From an uncultured virus (IMG/VR IMGVR_UViG_3300030294_000014) (lineage: Duplodnaviria; Heunggongvirae; Uroviricota; Caudoviricetes): a stretch of 64,000 nucleotides of DNA. Below the pieces are notes generated by a model. It made no database searches. It was not told the DNA's origin and was given only the letters and a program-made list of their open reading frames with translations. Positions 10,960 to 21,258 of the stretch are shown here, one piece after another. The stretch lies in IMG/VR virus record IMGVR_UViG_3300030294_000014; one strand, written 5' to 3'. Position numbers and translations under genes: made by a program. How positions within the stretch are numbered: position 1 is the stretch's first letter; each line of letters opens with the position of its first letter.

Positions 10960-12640
10960 GAGTTATTTTTTTAGCAGTTACAGTTACTCCTTTTATTTCT
11001 ACCGCTCCATTTACAATATTACCTGTAAAAGATTTGTTTATACTTTCCCAATATACTTGTTGCTTAGACATAAAAAAAGCAAAGCTATCAGAGTTTACCT
11101 TCCATTTTTGTATTATTTCATTGAAGTCCGTAAAATTCATTAACTCCTTTCGTTTATCAAAATCTCCAAAATCAATAATATTAAAATAACTAATATTTTT
11201 GCCATTGATTACCTTGCCATCTATATAATCAGGATATATGCCATGAGAAACTAATAAAGTTGTAGTTCTATTTACACTATTCATTTCGATAGAAAATTCA
11301 TTAGTTACACTATCTACATGAAATACTTCTCCAGACGGAATTGATATCAAAGTACCTCTTTTAATTCTTCTATCGCCGTTTATTTTTATTATTCCTTTTC
11401 TAGTAAAAGGATTATAAGCATTGCTTTCAATTAAATATTTGAAATCTGACGCAACATTTGATATTATTCTTTTAGAATTATTATTGTTTTCATTTTTATC
11501 ATTATTATATGCTCCAGAAAACATAAAATTATAATAAACACTTTCTATGCACAAAGGTTTGCTTCCGTATAAAGAAGCAAATTCAGGAAAGAAAACGGCT
11601 GGAACATATAAATTTGTATTTCTTTCTAACAATATATCATTTTGAGGCATATATTGGTACCAAGAGTAAACGTCATCATCATTCCATTTAAGTTCTGTAT
11701 ATAAAATATCTTCAGAATCAATATCTATCCTTGTCAATTCAAGCATTCTTTTAAAACCTTCTTTATCAAATGGAGGTCTTCGAACTATAAAATAATATTG
11801 ATTTTTGTAAGTGTCTCCCATAAATTCAACAAATGGCTCTTGACAAACTTTCCTAAAAAAATTCAATAAGGAACCTGTTTGAGTAGAGATAGAAGAATCA
11901 GTAACTTGTTTGTTTTCTACTGAAGAATCTATTAATATTTTTACTATTTGCCAAATACCTGGAGCTAATTCTGTAGTAGTCTTAGAATTATCAGTTTTAT
12001 CTACAAAAAAAGTCTCCGTGGCGTCATCCGTTACTAAATTATCATTTAAACTTACGTCTTTAGTAGATTTATGAGATTTTGATATTACAGTTGTTGTAGG
12101 CATTTCAGAATTAGCGGGAATAGAACCCGCTAGAGAAAATCTTTCATAACCTAATTTAGCTTGTAATACTTTATTACCTTTATATATTAATTTATGCTTT
12201 GCTAAAAAATACTTTTTGGGATCATGATTATTTGTAAAAGAGCCTTGCATATTTATTTGTATATGACAATGTGCCCCTGTAGAACTTCCTCTGTTAACAT
12301 CTCCTGCTGAACCACCCGTTTCTCCTATATAATCTCCCGCATAAATATATCCTCCTGATCTCCATTTACTAGAAATAGAATGCATGTGCATGAAACAAAT
12401 ATCTACGAATCTATTATCATCAGATGATTTGACTCTCATTAAAAAATAAAGTCCCGCTCTCTTTTGCCATTTTATTTTAGCGTTATAACCATCGCATGGG
12501 GCATATAATTTTGTCCCTGAAGGAACTTTAACATCTATTCCTCCATGCCAACCTCTACTTCTCCAACCGTAATTGGATGAAATAAATAAGGTACTTAACC
12601 CTCCAATGAAACCTTCTTTAAATGTTTTAAAAACAGACAT
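10949..12640 (-). CDS. M23 peptidase fused to baseplate hub C-terminal part (virion-associated lysin)
   Basis: HGGID, HMH and STGAHCHIQI M23 zinc motifs; hub-like C-terminus (GDRRIKRGT). Confidence 0.8.
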   Translation of the reverse strand: MSVFKTFKEGFIGGLSTLFISSNYGWRSRGWHGGIDVKVPSGTKLYAPCDGYNAKIKWQKRAGLYFLMRVKSSDDNRFVDICFMHMHSISSKWRSGGYIYAGDYIGETGGSAGDVNRGSSTGAHCHIQINMQGSFTNNHDPKKYFLAKHKLIYKGNKVLQAKLGYERFSLAGSIPANSEMPTTTVISKSHKSTKDVSLNDNLVTDDATETFFVDKTDNSKTTTELAPGIWQIVKILIDSSVENKQVTDSSISTQTGSLLNFFRKVCQEPFVEFMGDTYKNQYYFIVRRPPFDKEGFKRMLELTRIDIDSEDILYTELKWNDDDVYSWYQYMPQNDILLERNTNLYVPAVFFPEFASLYGSKPLCIESVYYNFMFSGAYNNDKNENNNNSKRIISNVASDFKYLIESNAYNPFTRKGIIKINGDRRIKRGTLISIPSGEVFHVDSVTNEFSIEMNSVNRTTTLLVSHGIYPDYIDGKVINGKNISYFNIIDFGDFDKRKELMNFTDFNEIIQKWKVNSDSFAFFMSKQQVYWESINKSFTGNIVNGAVEIKGVTVTAKKITHGK

Positions 12641-12643
12641 TTT

Positions 12644-13924
12644 TTATTTACTTTTCAAATCGTTAAAACTTGTTCTATCTTTACCCCAAGAATCAAATAC
12701 GTAATCTGGGATAACTTCTATATTAGCGAGTTTGGAAATGACTCCTTTTAAAATGTAATCTATATTTTGATTAACTTTATTTTTAAATATATCTATTTCT
12801 CCCGTTATATATCTCAATCTTTTCAGAGGATTGTTGTAAGAATTATTCAAATAATCGACGTCTCTTATATCTCCGTGCTTCCCAGACATATTTGAAAATA
12901 CATTTTGAGATTCGGAAGATATTGAAGGATTAAAAAAGAACGAACCGTCATCAATTAATAATTTCATTAAATCTCTTCCCTGTATTTCTACATGAGAAGT
13001 ACAAGTTTGAGCGTCCGTTACTACTTTAACTTCATCAACTAAACCTATCATGTCATAAACTCCACTTGCTATATTAGTATTTATGTCAAAATTGTCATCG
13101 TCCGAATTTTGTAATTTTTCGCTTCTATTAGTTTCCATCTGTAATTTCTCAAAAGAAATAAAAATTAAATCGTTTGATGATATTAACCAATTGAAATAAT
13201 TATTATTTCCAGAAGCTCCAAAGTCATTTTTTGAATAAAATTGATTATTATCAAAATTTTTCATAAAACTATTTTTAGTAGCTCTACCAAATTGTCCTGT
13301 AACATCATTATCGCTATTTTTCAATATCAAGTTAGAAGCTGATTCGGCACTAACCATAGGAAGTTTTATTGTAAAATTTCCTCCATTTTTATCAACATTT
13401 GTCGTCAAAGAAACTATAAATCTGCTTAAATTAGAAAATTCAGAATATTCCTTTGGAGATATTTTATTTTTCTTTCCCCCTCCTGTGAAATATAAACTTT
13501 TGAACCACCCGAAAACAAAACAATCCGTATCTCTCTTAGTGAAATAATCAGAAACATAACCTTCGTTTTGAAGCAATTGTTGTATGGCGTCAAAAGCAAA
13601 AGAATAAAAGTCAGCGGTGTTAGTTTGTAGGTTAGTTTGATTAATAGCTACTTCAGCACTTACTTTATTGGGATTGACTTTTAAGTTACAAGGAACGGGC
13701 AAATACATATCTACTCTTAAATCTGAAAAAACTTTTGGCCAAGAACCGAATTGAGTTTTAAAATTTTGTTTATCACTTAGATTCATTTGAGTGAATATGA
13801 ATTTCTCATTATCACTAAATAATTCTTTGGGAGTTATACCATAAATATATTCTTTTGACATAAATTCTTCAATGGTATTTTTTTCTCTACTATAAAGCAA
13901 TATATAGTTATTGTTATCTTCCAT
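12644..13924 (-). CDS. Baseplate hub protein, N-terminal part
   Basis: MIGLVDEV...IQGRDLMKLLIDD hub-type motif; follows tape measure. Confidence 0.65.
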   Translation of the reverse strand: MEDNNNYILLYSREKNTIEEFMSKEYIYGITPKELFSDNEKFIFTQMNLSDKQNFKTQFGSWPKVFSDLRVDMYLPVPCNLKVNPNKVSAEVAINQTNLQTNTADFYSFAFDAIQQLLQNEGYVSDYFTKRDTDCFVFGWFKSLYFTGGGKKNKISPKEYSEFSNLSRFIVSLTTNVDKNGGNFTIKLPMVSAESASNLILKNSDNDVTGQFGRATKNSFMKNFDNNQFYSKNDFGASGNNNYFNWLISSNDLIFISFEKLQMETNRSEKLQNSDDDNFDINTNIASGVYDMIGLVDEVKVVTDAQTCTSHVEIQGRDLMKLLIDDGSFFFNPSISSESQNVFSNMSGKHGDIRDVDYLNNSYNNPLKRLRYITGEIDIFKNKVNQNIDYILKGVISKLANIEVIPDYVFDSWGKDRTSFNDLKSK

Positions 13925-15957
13925 TATTTTTTACCTCCACTTTTTACAGTATTTGTTGAAGGAGTTGAAGAAGAAAATGGATTTATTTTATCTACTATAA
14001 CATGAAATACTCCCTCTCCATTAGCTACTTTATTTACAATATCTAACATTTCTCCCAAAACTGAATCTTGTAATTTATTAGCTCCGCTTCCCATCGCATG
14101 AAAGGTTTTGTTTATAGCTCCCTTCTCATATGCTGTATATTCTGATGTAGAAAGTTCTGCCCCTTCTCTTGATAATTCATCTGGATTACCTCTTCTTAAT
14201 ATTCCTCTTCCAAGTGATCTATTTTGTCTAACATAAGCGTCCCTTCTGTCAGGAGTTATGTTTGGCCAAATCGCCTTAAAAGCGTAATATCCCATAGTCG
14301 TATCAGTACCGCCATACATATTTTTTATTCGAGCAATAACAGATGACATTATTTTACCTTCATTTTTGGGGTCTTGAATAGCTCTATCTATCAAATCTGA
14401 TCTTCCTTTTAATTTCGGGAACATATCTGATATTGTTCCGAAAATTAAAGCTCTCATCCTATCGTTCATAGGATTTTGTATACTGTTTTGTATTTGTTGT
14501 ATATCTCCGCCCGTTCTTGTATCTTGCGTTATTCCTCTAATTGAAGAAAAAGCTGACAACTCTCTATTAGCAACATCATAATTAGGCTTATCTGTTCTAG
14601 TAAAAAAAGAGTTCATCAATTGCTGTTGTATATCATATTTCTCTTGAACTCTTGTAAAATCAGATTGAGATATTCCCGACCCTCTTACTGATGAAAGCGT
14701 AGATACCAAATCGGCTAATGCGTTGGAAGTATTTCTTCCGTAACGGTCATATTTATCTCCTTTCGTCATTGAACCTTCATCAAGTCCTAAGTCTCTTTCC
14801 ATACCGACTTGACGAAGAGTTTCGTTGAACCAATCATTGGAAGTTCCTCTGGCTTTGGAACGCTTAAAGGCTTCTTGAGCAAAATCTCCTTCATAAAAAC
14901 CGTAATCAGCTACAGTTTTACCTCCATATTTAGAATCATTAACAGTGTCCCAAGCTTTGTATCTGGCATCTGCTCCTCTAGCTCCTCCTACGGTTGAACG
15001 CAATGATCCTAGCTGAGAAAAGTCTTCTGAAGCTCCGAATATATTATGAGCTAAATTTAACGCTTCCTGAGCGATTTGAAAACCTAATATCGCTTTTTGA
15101 TTACCAGATGCTACTGCTAATGAAGTAACACTTCCTAAAATATTACCTTGTCCTAACGCTCCGATAGCTCCAACAACTCCTTGTCCTATCTGTAACCCCT
15201 TTAACCTTCGATTAGTTTCATTGGGATCAACTTGATTAGTTACCCTTCTTAATTTCTTATCAATTTCATCAATTTGTTTCTGAGATTCTGAAGCCTCTTC
15301 TTCTGTTGAAGCCCCCTCTCTTTTTTTAATAAGTTCAGCTCTTTCGTTTCTAAGATTACCTAAAAAAGATTCATTTGCTTGATTAGACTTTCTATTAAAA
15401 TATTGAGTTAACTCTTTTACCGCATTTGTTAACTCTTCTTCAGATTGACTCTTTGTTTTTTTCTCTTCATCATTTATTTGATTCTCTTCTTTATCATATT
15501 TTTGTCCAATTTTTTTGTATTCCCCTTCTCGGTTTTTTTCAAGTTGATCTTCAAGAGTTTTTCTGTAAAGAGGGTCATTAGCTCTAACCCCAAGATTTGC
15601 TACCCCTTCTTTCCTTTTTTCTTCTGTATTTTTATCTATCTCATCATATTCAGCAGACATACGTTTTTGCATATCTAACCTTCTGGAATTGTATCGTTCA
15701 GTTACTCTATCATCAATCTTTGTAGCTTCTTGATTCCTTATCGCTTCTATGGCTTCTTTTGTAGATGTAGCTCTTTGAGAGTTCAATTCATCTCTTATTT
15801 CATCAATCAATCTGTCAGAGGGAAGAACAGGACTTGGTCTTGAAGACGGTTCACTGCTTCCTTCAGTAGAACCCCCCGTGGGACTTCTCGAAACATCTTC
15901 AAGTTCATTTCTTAATTGAGAAGCATTTCCGCGAATGTTTACCGTTACATCTGCCAT
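13924..15957 (-). CDS. Tape measure protein
   Basis: 677 aa coiled-coil/helical; position after tube and chaperones. Confidence 0.7.
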   Translation of the reverse strand: MADVTVNIRGNASQLRNELEDVSRSPTGGSTEGSSEPSSRPSPVLPSDRLIDEIRDELNSQRATSTKEAIEAIRNQEATKIDDRVTERYNSRRLDMQKRMSAEYDEIDKNTEEKRKEGVANLGVRANDPLYRKTLEDQLEKNREGEYKKIGQKYDKEENQINDEEKKTKSQSEEELTNAVKELTQYFNRKSNQANESFLGNLRNERAELIKKREGASTEEEASESQKQIDEIDKKLRRVTNQVDPNETNRRLKGLQIGQGVVGAIGALGQGNILGSVTSLAVASGNQKAILGFQIAQEALNLAHNIFGASEDFSQLGSLRSTVGGARGADARYKAWDTVNDSKYGGKTVADYGFYEGDFAQEAFKRSKARGTSNDWFNETLRQVGMERDLGLDEGSMTKGDKYDRYGRNTSNALADLVSTLSSVRGSGISQSDFTRVQEKYDIQQQLMNSFFTRTDKPNYDVANRELSAFSSIRGITQDTRTGGDIQQIQNSIQNPMNDRMRALIFGTISDMFPKLKGRSDLIDRAIQDPKNEGKIMSSVIARIKNMYGGTDTTMGYYAFKAIWPNITPDRRDAYVRQNRSLGRGILRRGNPDELSREGAELSTSEYTAYEKGAINKTFHAMGSGANKLQDSVLGEMLDIVNKVANGEGVFHVIVDKINPFSSSTPSTNTVKSGGKK

Positions 15958-15961
15958 ATTG

Positions 15962-16306
15962 TTATTTATTGAATTGGGTTAAATCAAGATTATTGTAATC
16001 ACTATCAATTTCTTCTTTCGTTAATTTTACTATCTTGTCTTTATTCTCGTCAATTAATCCAAGATTTTCATTTTCAATTTCGTCCTCTTCTTTTTCATCT
16101 TCTGAAAAAGATTCTGATATTAAAAAATCTTCTTGATATTCTATTAACATATCAAGAAAATTCATTTCTCGGTGCTTAGACGAACCGAATGGGACATTAT
16201 ATTTTTTTCTCCACCAAAAATCTATAGTAAATCGGTGCCAATCAAAAATGAAGTTATTTACTTCCTTCTTGAGTGTCGTTTTCTTGATCAATATTGTCTC
16301 CGCCAT
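15962..16306 (-). CDS. Tail assembly chaperone (second ORF)
   Basis: Between chaperone and tape measure; overlaps upstream ORF by 53 nt. Confidence 0.55.
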   Translation of the reverse strand: MAETILIKKTTLKKEVNNFIFDWHRFTIDFWWRKKYNVPFGSSKHREMNFLDMLIEYQEDFLISESFSEDEKEEDEIENENLGLIDENKDKIVKLTKEEIDSDYNNLDLTQFNK

Positions 16307-16658
16307 TTTTGCTAGCTGAATAAAGTTGTTCCGTTATTTCGTCATACCAAGGTTTTATTTCTTTTAAATATGATTCAACAATATCTTTTATTTCATCAAT
16401 TTGTAAATTTGTATAATTTTTTATATCAAAAAATTTATTAACCGAAGGAACGCAAATTTGAAAAAATGCTATTGCGTCAACAAGGTCTAAGGCTCTATAC
16501 ATAGTTTTTACACCAGACGCCGACATAGTTCCGTATCTATTACTAGTAAGGGCTTGTTTCAAAGATTCTTGATCAATTATCTGACCTACAGATGGAAATT
16601 TAGCTATAAAGCTCTTTTCTCCAATTTTGAAACTAATTTCTCTTTTAATTTCGTTCAT
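16254..16658 (-). CDS. Tail assembly chaperone
   Basis: Directly after tube gene. Likely start is MNEIKRE at 16658, since the longer start runs through a terminator hairpin. Confidence 0.6.
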   Translation of the reverse strand: MNEIKREISFKIGEKSFIAKFPSVGQIIDQESLKQALTSNRYGTMSASGVKTMYRALDLVDAIAFFQICVPSVNKFFDIKNYTNLQIDEIKDIVESYLKEIKPWYDEITEQLYSASKNGGDNIDQENDTQEGSK

Positions 16659-16694
16659 TTTACAATTTTTTTTAAATGTTTTTTTACAATAAAA

Positions 16695-16722
16695 AAGGTA
16701 CCATATTTTCATATAGTACCTT
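16695..16722 (-). terminator. Intrinsic terminator-like hairpin after tail tube gene
   Basis: AAGGTAC...GTACCTT stem followed by T tract on minus strand. Confidence 0.6.
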
Positions 16723-16740
16723 CCTTATAACTGTAACTTT

Positions 16741-17238
16741 TTATATAATACTATTGTATAAAATTGGTTCCAAATACTCAAATTCAGTATCTCTACCAGA
16801 TATTTGTCCCTCTTGTATATCAAAGCCTTCTCTTGTCATAAATGCTCCATTTGTCTTGGCAAAAGTTTCGTATTTAGTTTTGACTAAACCCGTTTCAGAA
16901 TCTATATTACCATCCTTAACCTTTCGAAGTATTGATATTTCAAGTCCATCTTCTTGTAAAAGAATTGCATTCTGCCACTCTTCTACTGTAGCCGCATTTC
17001 TGAAAGCTCCCTTTTTTAGCTTATTGGCCAAAAGATTAAAATTTATAGTATAAGACGAACAGGTTAATGACCCTGTCCATTCTAATGCTGGTAACTCCTC
17101 TGGGTTTAAACGACCAACTCCCGTTACTCTTCCGCGTCTAACGTTTTCAGTAATACGTAAGTTTTTCATTTTACCGACAGTTACCGAATCTATTTGTATG
17201 ATTGCTAAAGGAGCACTCATTACTTTTTGTCCTGTCAT
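16741..17238 (-). CDS. Tail tube protein
   Basis: 165 aa directly after sheath; tube-like GVGRLNPEE and FEYLEP motifs. Confidence 0.85.
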   Translation of the reverse strand: MTGQKVMSAPLAIIQIDSVTVGKMKNLRITENVRRGRVTGVGRLNPEELPALEWTGSLTCSSYTINFNLLANKLKKGAFRNAATVEEWQNAILLQEDGLEISILRKVKDGNIDSETGLVKTKYETFAKTNGAFMTREGFDIQEGQISGRDTEFEYLEPILYNSII

Positions 17239-17259
17239 AATTTTTTAATTTTTTAATTG

Positions 17260-18882
17260 TTAAGCCGAAACTGAAAAATCTAATATATTACCAAGGAAGA
17301 ACGTTTTATTTACAGGAACGTTTGGTACAAAATCGTAGGTTATAAAATAGTCACTATTTTTAGCAACTACTTTAACATTTTTCCAACTTATAAGAAGATT
17401 ATCATTTCCCGTAGCCGCTACCAAAGAAGCAAGTTTTGTTTCAGTGAAATTTTTAACTGATTCAGGAGATGCTTGAGCCGCAGTTTGTCCCGTAAATCTA
17501 GTTTGACCATCCAATATCAACTCCTTATTTAATTGAGCTTTTATTAATTCAACTGATAGTTCAAAAGATTGTCCATCGTCGGCAATAGTCTTCTTATTAT
17601 TTAATAGAGTTGTTATTCCTTGATTGACGCAATAATAACCAGATACATTTCTCACATGCATAATACCAGCTTGCAAAGCTTGTTCTCTTTCCTTTTGTTT
17701 AAGATCATAAGCAAAACTTTGATACCCAACTCTTTTAAATGTTAGAGGAGTTTGAGCAGCCGAACCTGCATTCAATCCTATTATCGCAGCGGCTAAATAT
17801 ATTGGATCTAATTGCTTTGTGCCATTTTGATCATTTCTAGTAACTTCTGGAGCGCCATGAACAGTTACCACTTGACTTGAATTGAAAAACTTAGCAATTG
17901 ACTCACTAGTATTAGCATCACCAAACAGGTCATCATCATCCTTTCCTCCTGGAACAAACATAAATTCACTAAATTTAGCCGTTTGTTTTAAAAAGGTAAA
18001 TAATTTAGCATTTGTTGCAGCATCCACTCCCTTACCCGCGTCGGCATTAAGGTTATTGCACAAGAAGAAAGAAATATCTAATTCAGTAATAGCTTCCAAA
18101 ACATCAGCATATTCTGTATCACTTAGAAATGCGGTTGTTCCTCCCGTTGCTAAAGTTTGATCTAGGGCAGTTAACAAAGTACTTCCTACTCCCGTTTCGC
18201 TTACAACAAAATTAGATAACATATATTTATTAGTACTTGCCCACGAATAAAGACTGTCTAATGTAGTACAATCAGGAGATTCGGCTAATAAATTAGGAAG
18301 CGCGTCAGACAAAGAATAAGCTCCGAAGGATTCACCAGCACTATCTGTTCCAGCAAAAGAACCTCTATACACTTGTAATTTGAAAGTATTAGTGACGCTG
18401 CCGGCAATTATTTTAGCGGAATAACCAGCCTTAAGAATACCAGAAACGGCTACTCCATTACCAACTACTCCTTCATTTTTACATTTTAAAACTAAAGCGT
18501 TTCCTACAGAAAGAGTTAATGTTATTTTTGCGCTTGTAGTAGTCGCAGCCCTAACATAATACAATTTAGGAGCACCCGCCGAACCAGAAATGGGAGTAAA
18601 TATTTTTTGAGCTATATCTCCAACCAATCCTCCTCCTATAAAGGTCAAAAAATCTTCATAACTTTGAAACTCATAAACCGATTTAAGCCCCTTATTAAGT
18701 TCTCCATGAACTCCTGAACCTCCAGAAAATTCATACGAACCGTTCGTGCTTAAACCAGTATCAATAATCATAACGTTACCGAATTGGGCATCGTTTGATA
18801 CTGACGTAGGATTATAAACGGTCGCAGCATATGATCCTGGTTCAATGTAGTTCTTTCCTTGAAAATTCACAACTGTTGCCAT
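17260..18882 (-). CDS. Contractile tail sheath protein
   Basis: N-terminal YIEPGSY; C-terminal VNQGITT...PNVPVNKTF sheath motifs. Confidence 0.9.
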   Translation of the reverse strand: MATVVNFQGKNYIEPGSYAATVYNPTSVSNDAQFGNVMIIDTGLSTNGSYEFSGGSGVHGELNKGLKSVYEFQSYEDFLTFIGGGLVGDIAQKIFTPISGSAGAPKLYYVRAATTTSAKITLTLSVGNALVLKCKNEGVVGNGVAVSGILKAGYSAKIIAGSVTNTFKLQVYRGSFAGTDSAGESFGAYSLSDALPNLLAESPDCTTLDSLYSWASTNKYMLSNFVVSETGVGSTLLTALDQTLATGGTTAFLSDTEYADVLEAITELDISFFLCNNLNADAGKGVDAATNAKLFTFLKQTAKFSEFMFVPGGKDDDDLFGDANTSESIAKFFNSSQVVTVHGAPEVTRNDQNGTKQLDPIYLAAAIIGLNAGSAAQTPLTFKRVGYQSFAYDLKQKEREQALQAGIMHVRNVSGYYCVNQGITTLLNNKKTIADDGQSFELSVELIKAQLNKELILDGQTRFTGQTAAQASPESVKNFTETKLASLVAATGNDNLLISWKNVKVVAKNSDYFITYDFVPNVPVNKTFFLGNILDFSVSA

Positions 18883-18924
18883 AATCTTTATTTTTATTGA
18901 ATATAATTTATTATCATTTTATAT

Positions 18925-19632
18925 CTATACTTGATTCTGAGAAGTATCATCATTATAATCTATCGCCTTAATAATAAAATAGAATTTTTTAGCGACTTCA
19001 TTTTTTACTAGTTGGGGAACATTATGTTCATAGGTAAAAGAAAGATTAATAACTTTATGAAAAAGAGGAACGGGAATTAAATTGTCTTGCATTATAATAT
19101 CATTTCCTGACAGAGATGGAAGACGTATTCCCATTATCTCTAAATGCTCTGTGAGCATTAGAATCATACTCTTTATTATATTGTATACTATATTTACTTC
19201 AGACGAATTATTACTTGTAATCATTATTTGATATGTGCAATCATAAGTCTGAGTGAAATAATTTTCAGTTCCAATTTTTATCCCATTAGAATCTAAAATA
19301 TCTTTTTCAATATATCCTTCGTCTTGTCCTATACTCGACTTCCCCTGCTCAGAAGGCAATAATATATGCATTGAAATACTTTGAGCAACCTTTTGATTAT
19401 AACCAAAATTTATTGACAAATTATCTGGTTTAGAAACCATTTTTTTAGCTTGCTTAAAATATTCGTATAAATTCATTTTTATCGAATTACCTTCTTCATC
19501 TACACCTAATATTTTATATAAAATAGTAGCTTTATCATTTGATATATTTTCAACTAAATCATTTCTCAATAATTTAACTATTGAATCTAAGGTATTGTAA
19601 ATAACAATTTCTGGTAATAATATTCCACTCAT
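18925..19632 (-). CDS. Tail completion / terminator protein (putative)
   Basis: Synteny immediately upstream of sheath. Confidence 0.6.
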   Translation of the reverse strand: MSGILLPEIVIYNTLDSIVKLLRNDLVENISNDKATILYKILGVDEEGNSIKMNLYEYFKQAKKMVSKPDNLSINFGYNQKVAQSISMHILLPSEQGKSSIGQDEGYIEKDILDSNGIKIGTENYFTQTYDCTYQIMITSNNSSEVNIVYNIIKSMILMLTEHLEIMGIRLPSLSGNDIIMQDNLIPVPLFHKVINLSFTYEHNVPQLVKNEVAKKFYFIIKAIDYNDDTSQNQV

Positions 19633-20432
19633 AATACTGTATCTAAATAATTTGTAACTTCATTACTAACTATCGTATCTACATCTGTTTCGTTTATTGC
19701 TTCTTCAACTAAATGATACGCTTTTATTCCTCTATGTATCCAACTCAATGGACTTGAATTAGCTCCCGCTCTTCTGAAAGAGCCATATGTATTTTGAGAA
19801 GTCTTATTATATTGAGCTTTATTTTTCATAACTCCTTCATAAACAGAATTTTTATGTTGATAAGAATCATATAAAAGAGAACCCGTTTCATTTAAAATAG
19901 TCTCTCTTGATTTTGGTACTTCATATGGAGAAGGTATTTCAGAAGAAGGCAATCCTTTACCCGCGTCTCTTTTTAACATAATGTCATAAACTTCTTGGGG
20001 CATTATTCCTGAAAAACCAGCTTGGCCTAAAGCATTAGGAGTTCCAACACGAAATGGTATTGTAAGATACCAATCTCCTCCTTTTTTTACCATCTCTCCT
20101 TTTTTGTTATAAACAGGAATAGTAAATTTTACCTTTGAAGATTTTCTGAACCCCTCCTTTATATCGAACGGGGAAGCTCCTTGTTCAATCATATTAGGTA
20201 ATACTCCCGTCAATACAATTTGTTTATTAAATCTTCCTTTATCTACTGTAATGAGATTCGATATATATTCTTTAGCCGTTGAATTAAGTTTTTGTTTTGC
20301 AAGAGCTTCCCAATTAGAATAAATAGAAGCCGTAACCGCATTAACGCAAGTTTCTGTTAATAAATCAATTGAATCGGCAGCTAAACCGAATTGATCTTGT
20401 AGTCCAGATAAATCTATTGTTATGGGTTTCAT
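19629..20432 (-). CDS. Neck / tail completion protein (putative)
   Basis: GGDWYLTIPFR and SPLSWIH motifs resemble SPO1/Twort-like neck protein; synteny. Confidence 0.6.
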   Translation of the reverse strand: MKPITIDLSGLQDQFGLAADSIDLLTETCVNAVTASIYSNWEALAKQKLNSTAKEYISNLITVDKGRFNKQIVLTGVLPNMIEQGASPFDIKEGFRKSSKVKFTIPVYNKKGEMVKKGGDWYLTIPFRVGTPNALGQAGFSGIMPQEVYDIMLKRDAGKGLPSSEIPSPYEVPKSRETILNETGSLLYDSYQHKNSVYEGVMKNKAQYNKTSQNTYGSFRRAGANSSPLSWIHRGIKAYHLVEEAINETDVDTIVSNEVTNYLDTVL

Positions 20433-21256
20433 TTTGTTATTGAATTTTCAAATCTATCTTCACCAAACTTTTGAGCATCAAATATATAATGCGCCTTCCT
20501 TGCTAATACGTTTATAGGCATGTCCTTTAACTCTTCATCTGTAAATGTACAAGTTCTTTCTCTTACCTTCATAAGCTCTCTATTTGCGTCTATGACATGG
20601 TAAACGGGATAATGAGCGTATCTTATAGAAATGCTGATGGGTATTTCAGATTTATCTTTTATATTAGGATCATTGATGTTTATTAAGTCTTGAATACCCA
20701 AGTCAAATTCTATCCTATTGCCATTTATTTTAAAATCTTTTTCTTCAACGGGTACCAATTTAGAATCGTCAGATGAAAATAAATAAATATTTGTTATAAA
20801 TAATGGTTCATATACAGGATATGCTAAAATTTGTCCTTGAAAATATATAGGATTCAATATTTCAGAATAATAAGATTCGAGTTGAGTCAATATTATTCTA
20901 TCCATAAAACCTGGTTTAACATCTCCTCTCGTAGTTATCGAAGCAGTTCCTTGATTAACTTCACTAAAATCTTGATAACGCTTTTTGTTATCCATATGTT
21001 GAGCAATAACCCTTGTTTCAGTTCTATCTACGAAAAACCAACCTCTACCAGAACAATTTTTACAAGTAGAAAGAGCTTGACCTGTAGTTTTATCAACGCA
21101 TGGACATCTTAAAGCTCTATCTACTAAAGCGTCATATCCTTGTGCAGTGATCAACTGATTAAAATCTCCAACTCTCCATCCTATTTTAGGGTCGATTACT
21201 TCTAAAGGAGTTTGAATCACTATGGGCTTATCAGATATAATACTTCTTTTATCCAT
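20429..21256 (-). CDS. Head closure / neck protein with Cys cluster
   Basis: CPC...CKNCSGRGW motif; synteny. Confidence 0.6.
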   Translation of the reverse strand: MDKRSIISDKPIVIQTPLEVIDPKIGWRVGDFNQLITAQGYDALVDRALRCPCVDKTTGQALSTCKNCSGRGWFFVDRTETRVIAQHMDNKKRYQDFSEVNQGTASITTRGDVKPGFMDRIILTQLESYYSEILNPIYFQGQILAYPVYEPLFITNIYLFSSDDSKLVPVEEKDFKINGNRIEFDLGIQDLININDPNIKDKSEIPISISIRYAHYPVYHVIDANRELMKVRERTCTFTDEELKDMPINVLARKAHYIFDAQKFGEDRFENSITK

Positions 21257-21258
21257 CT

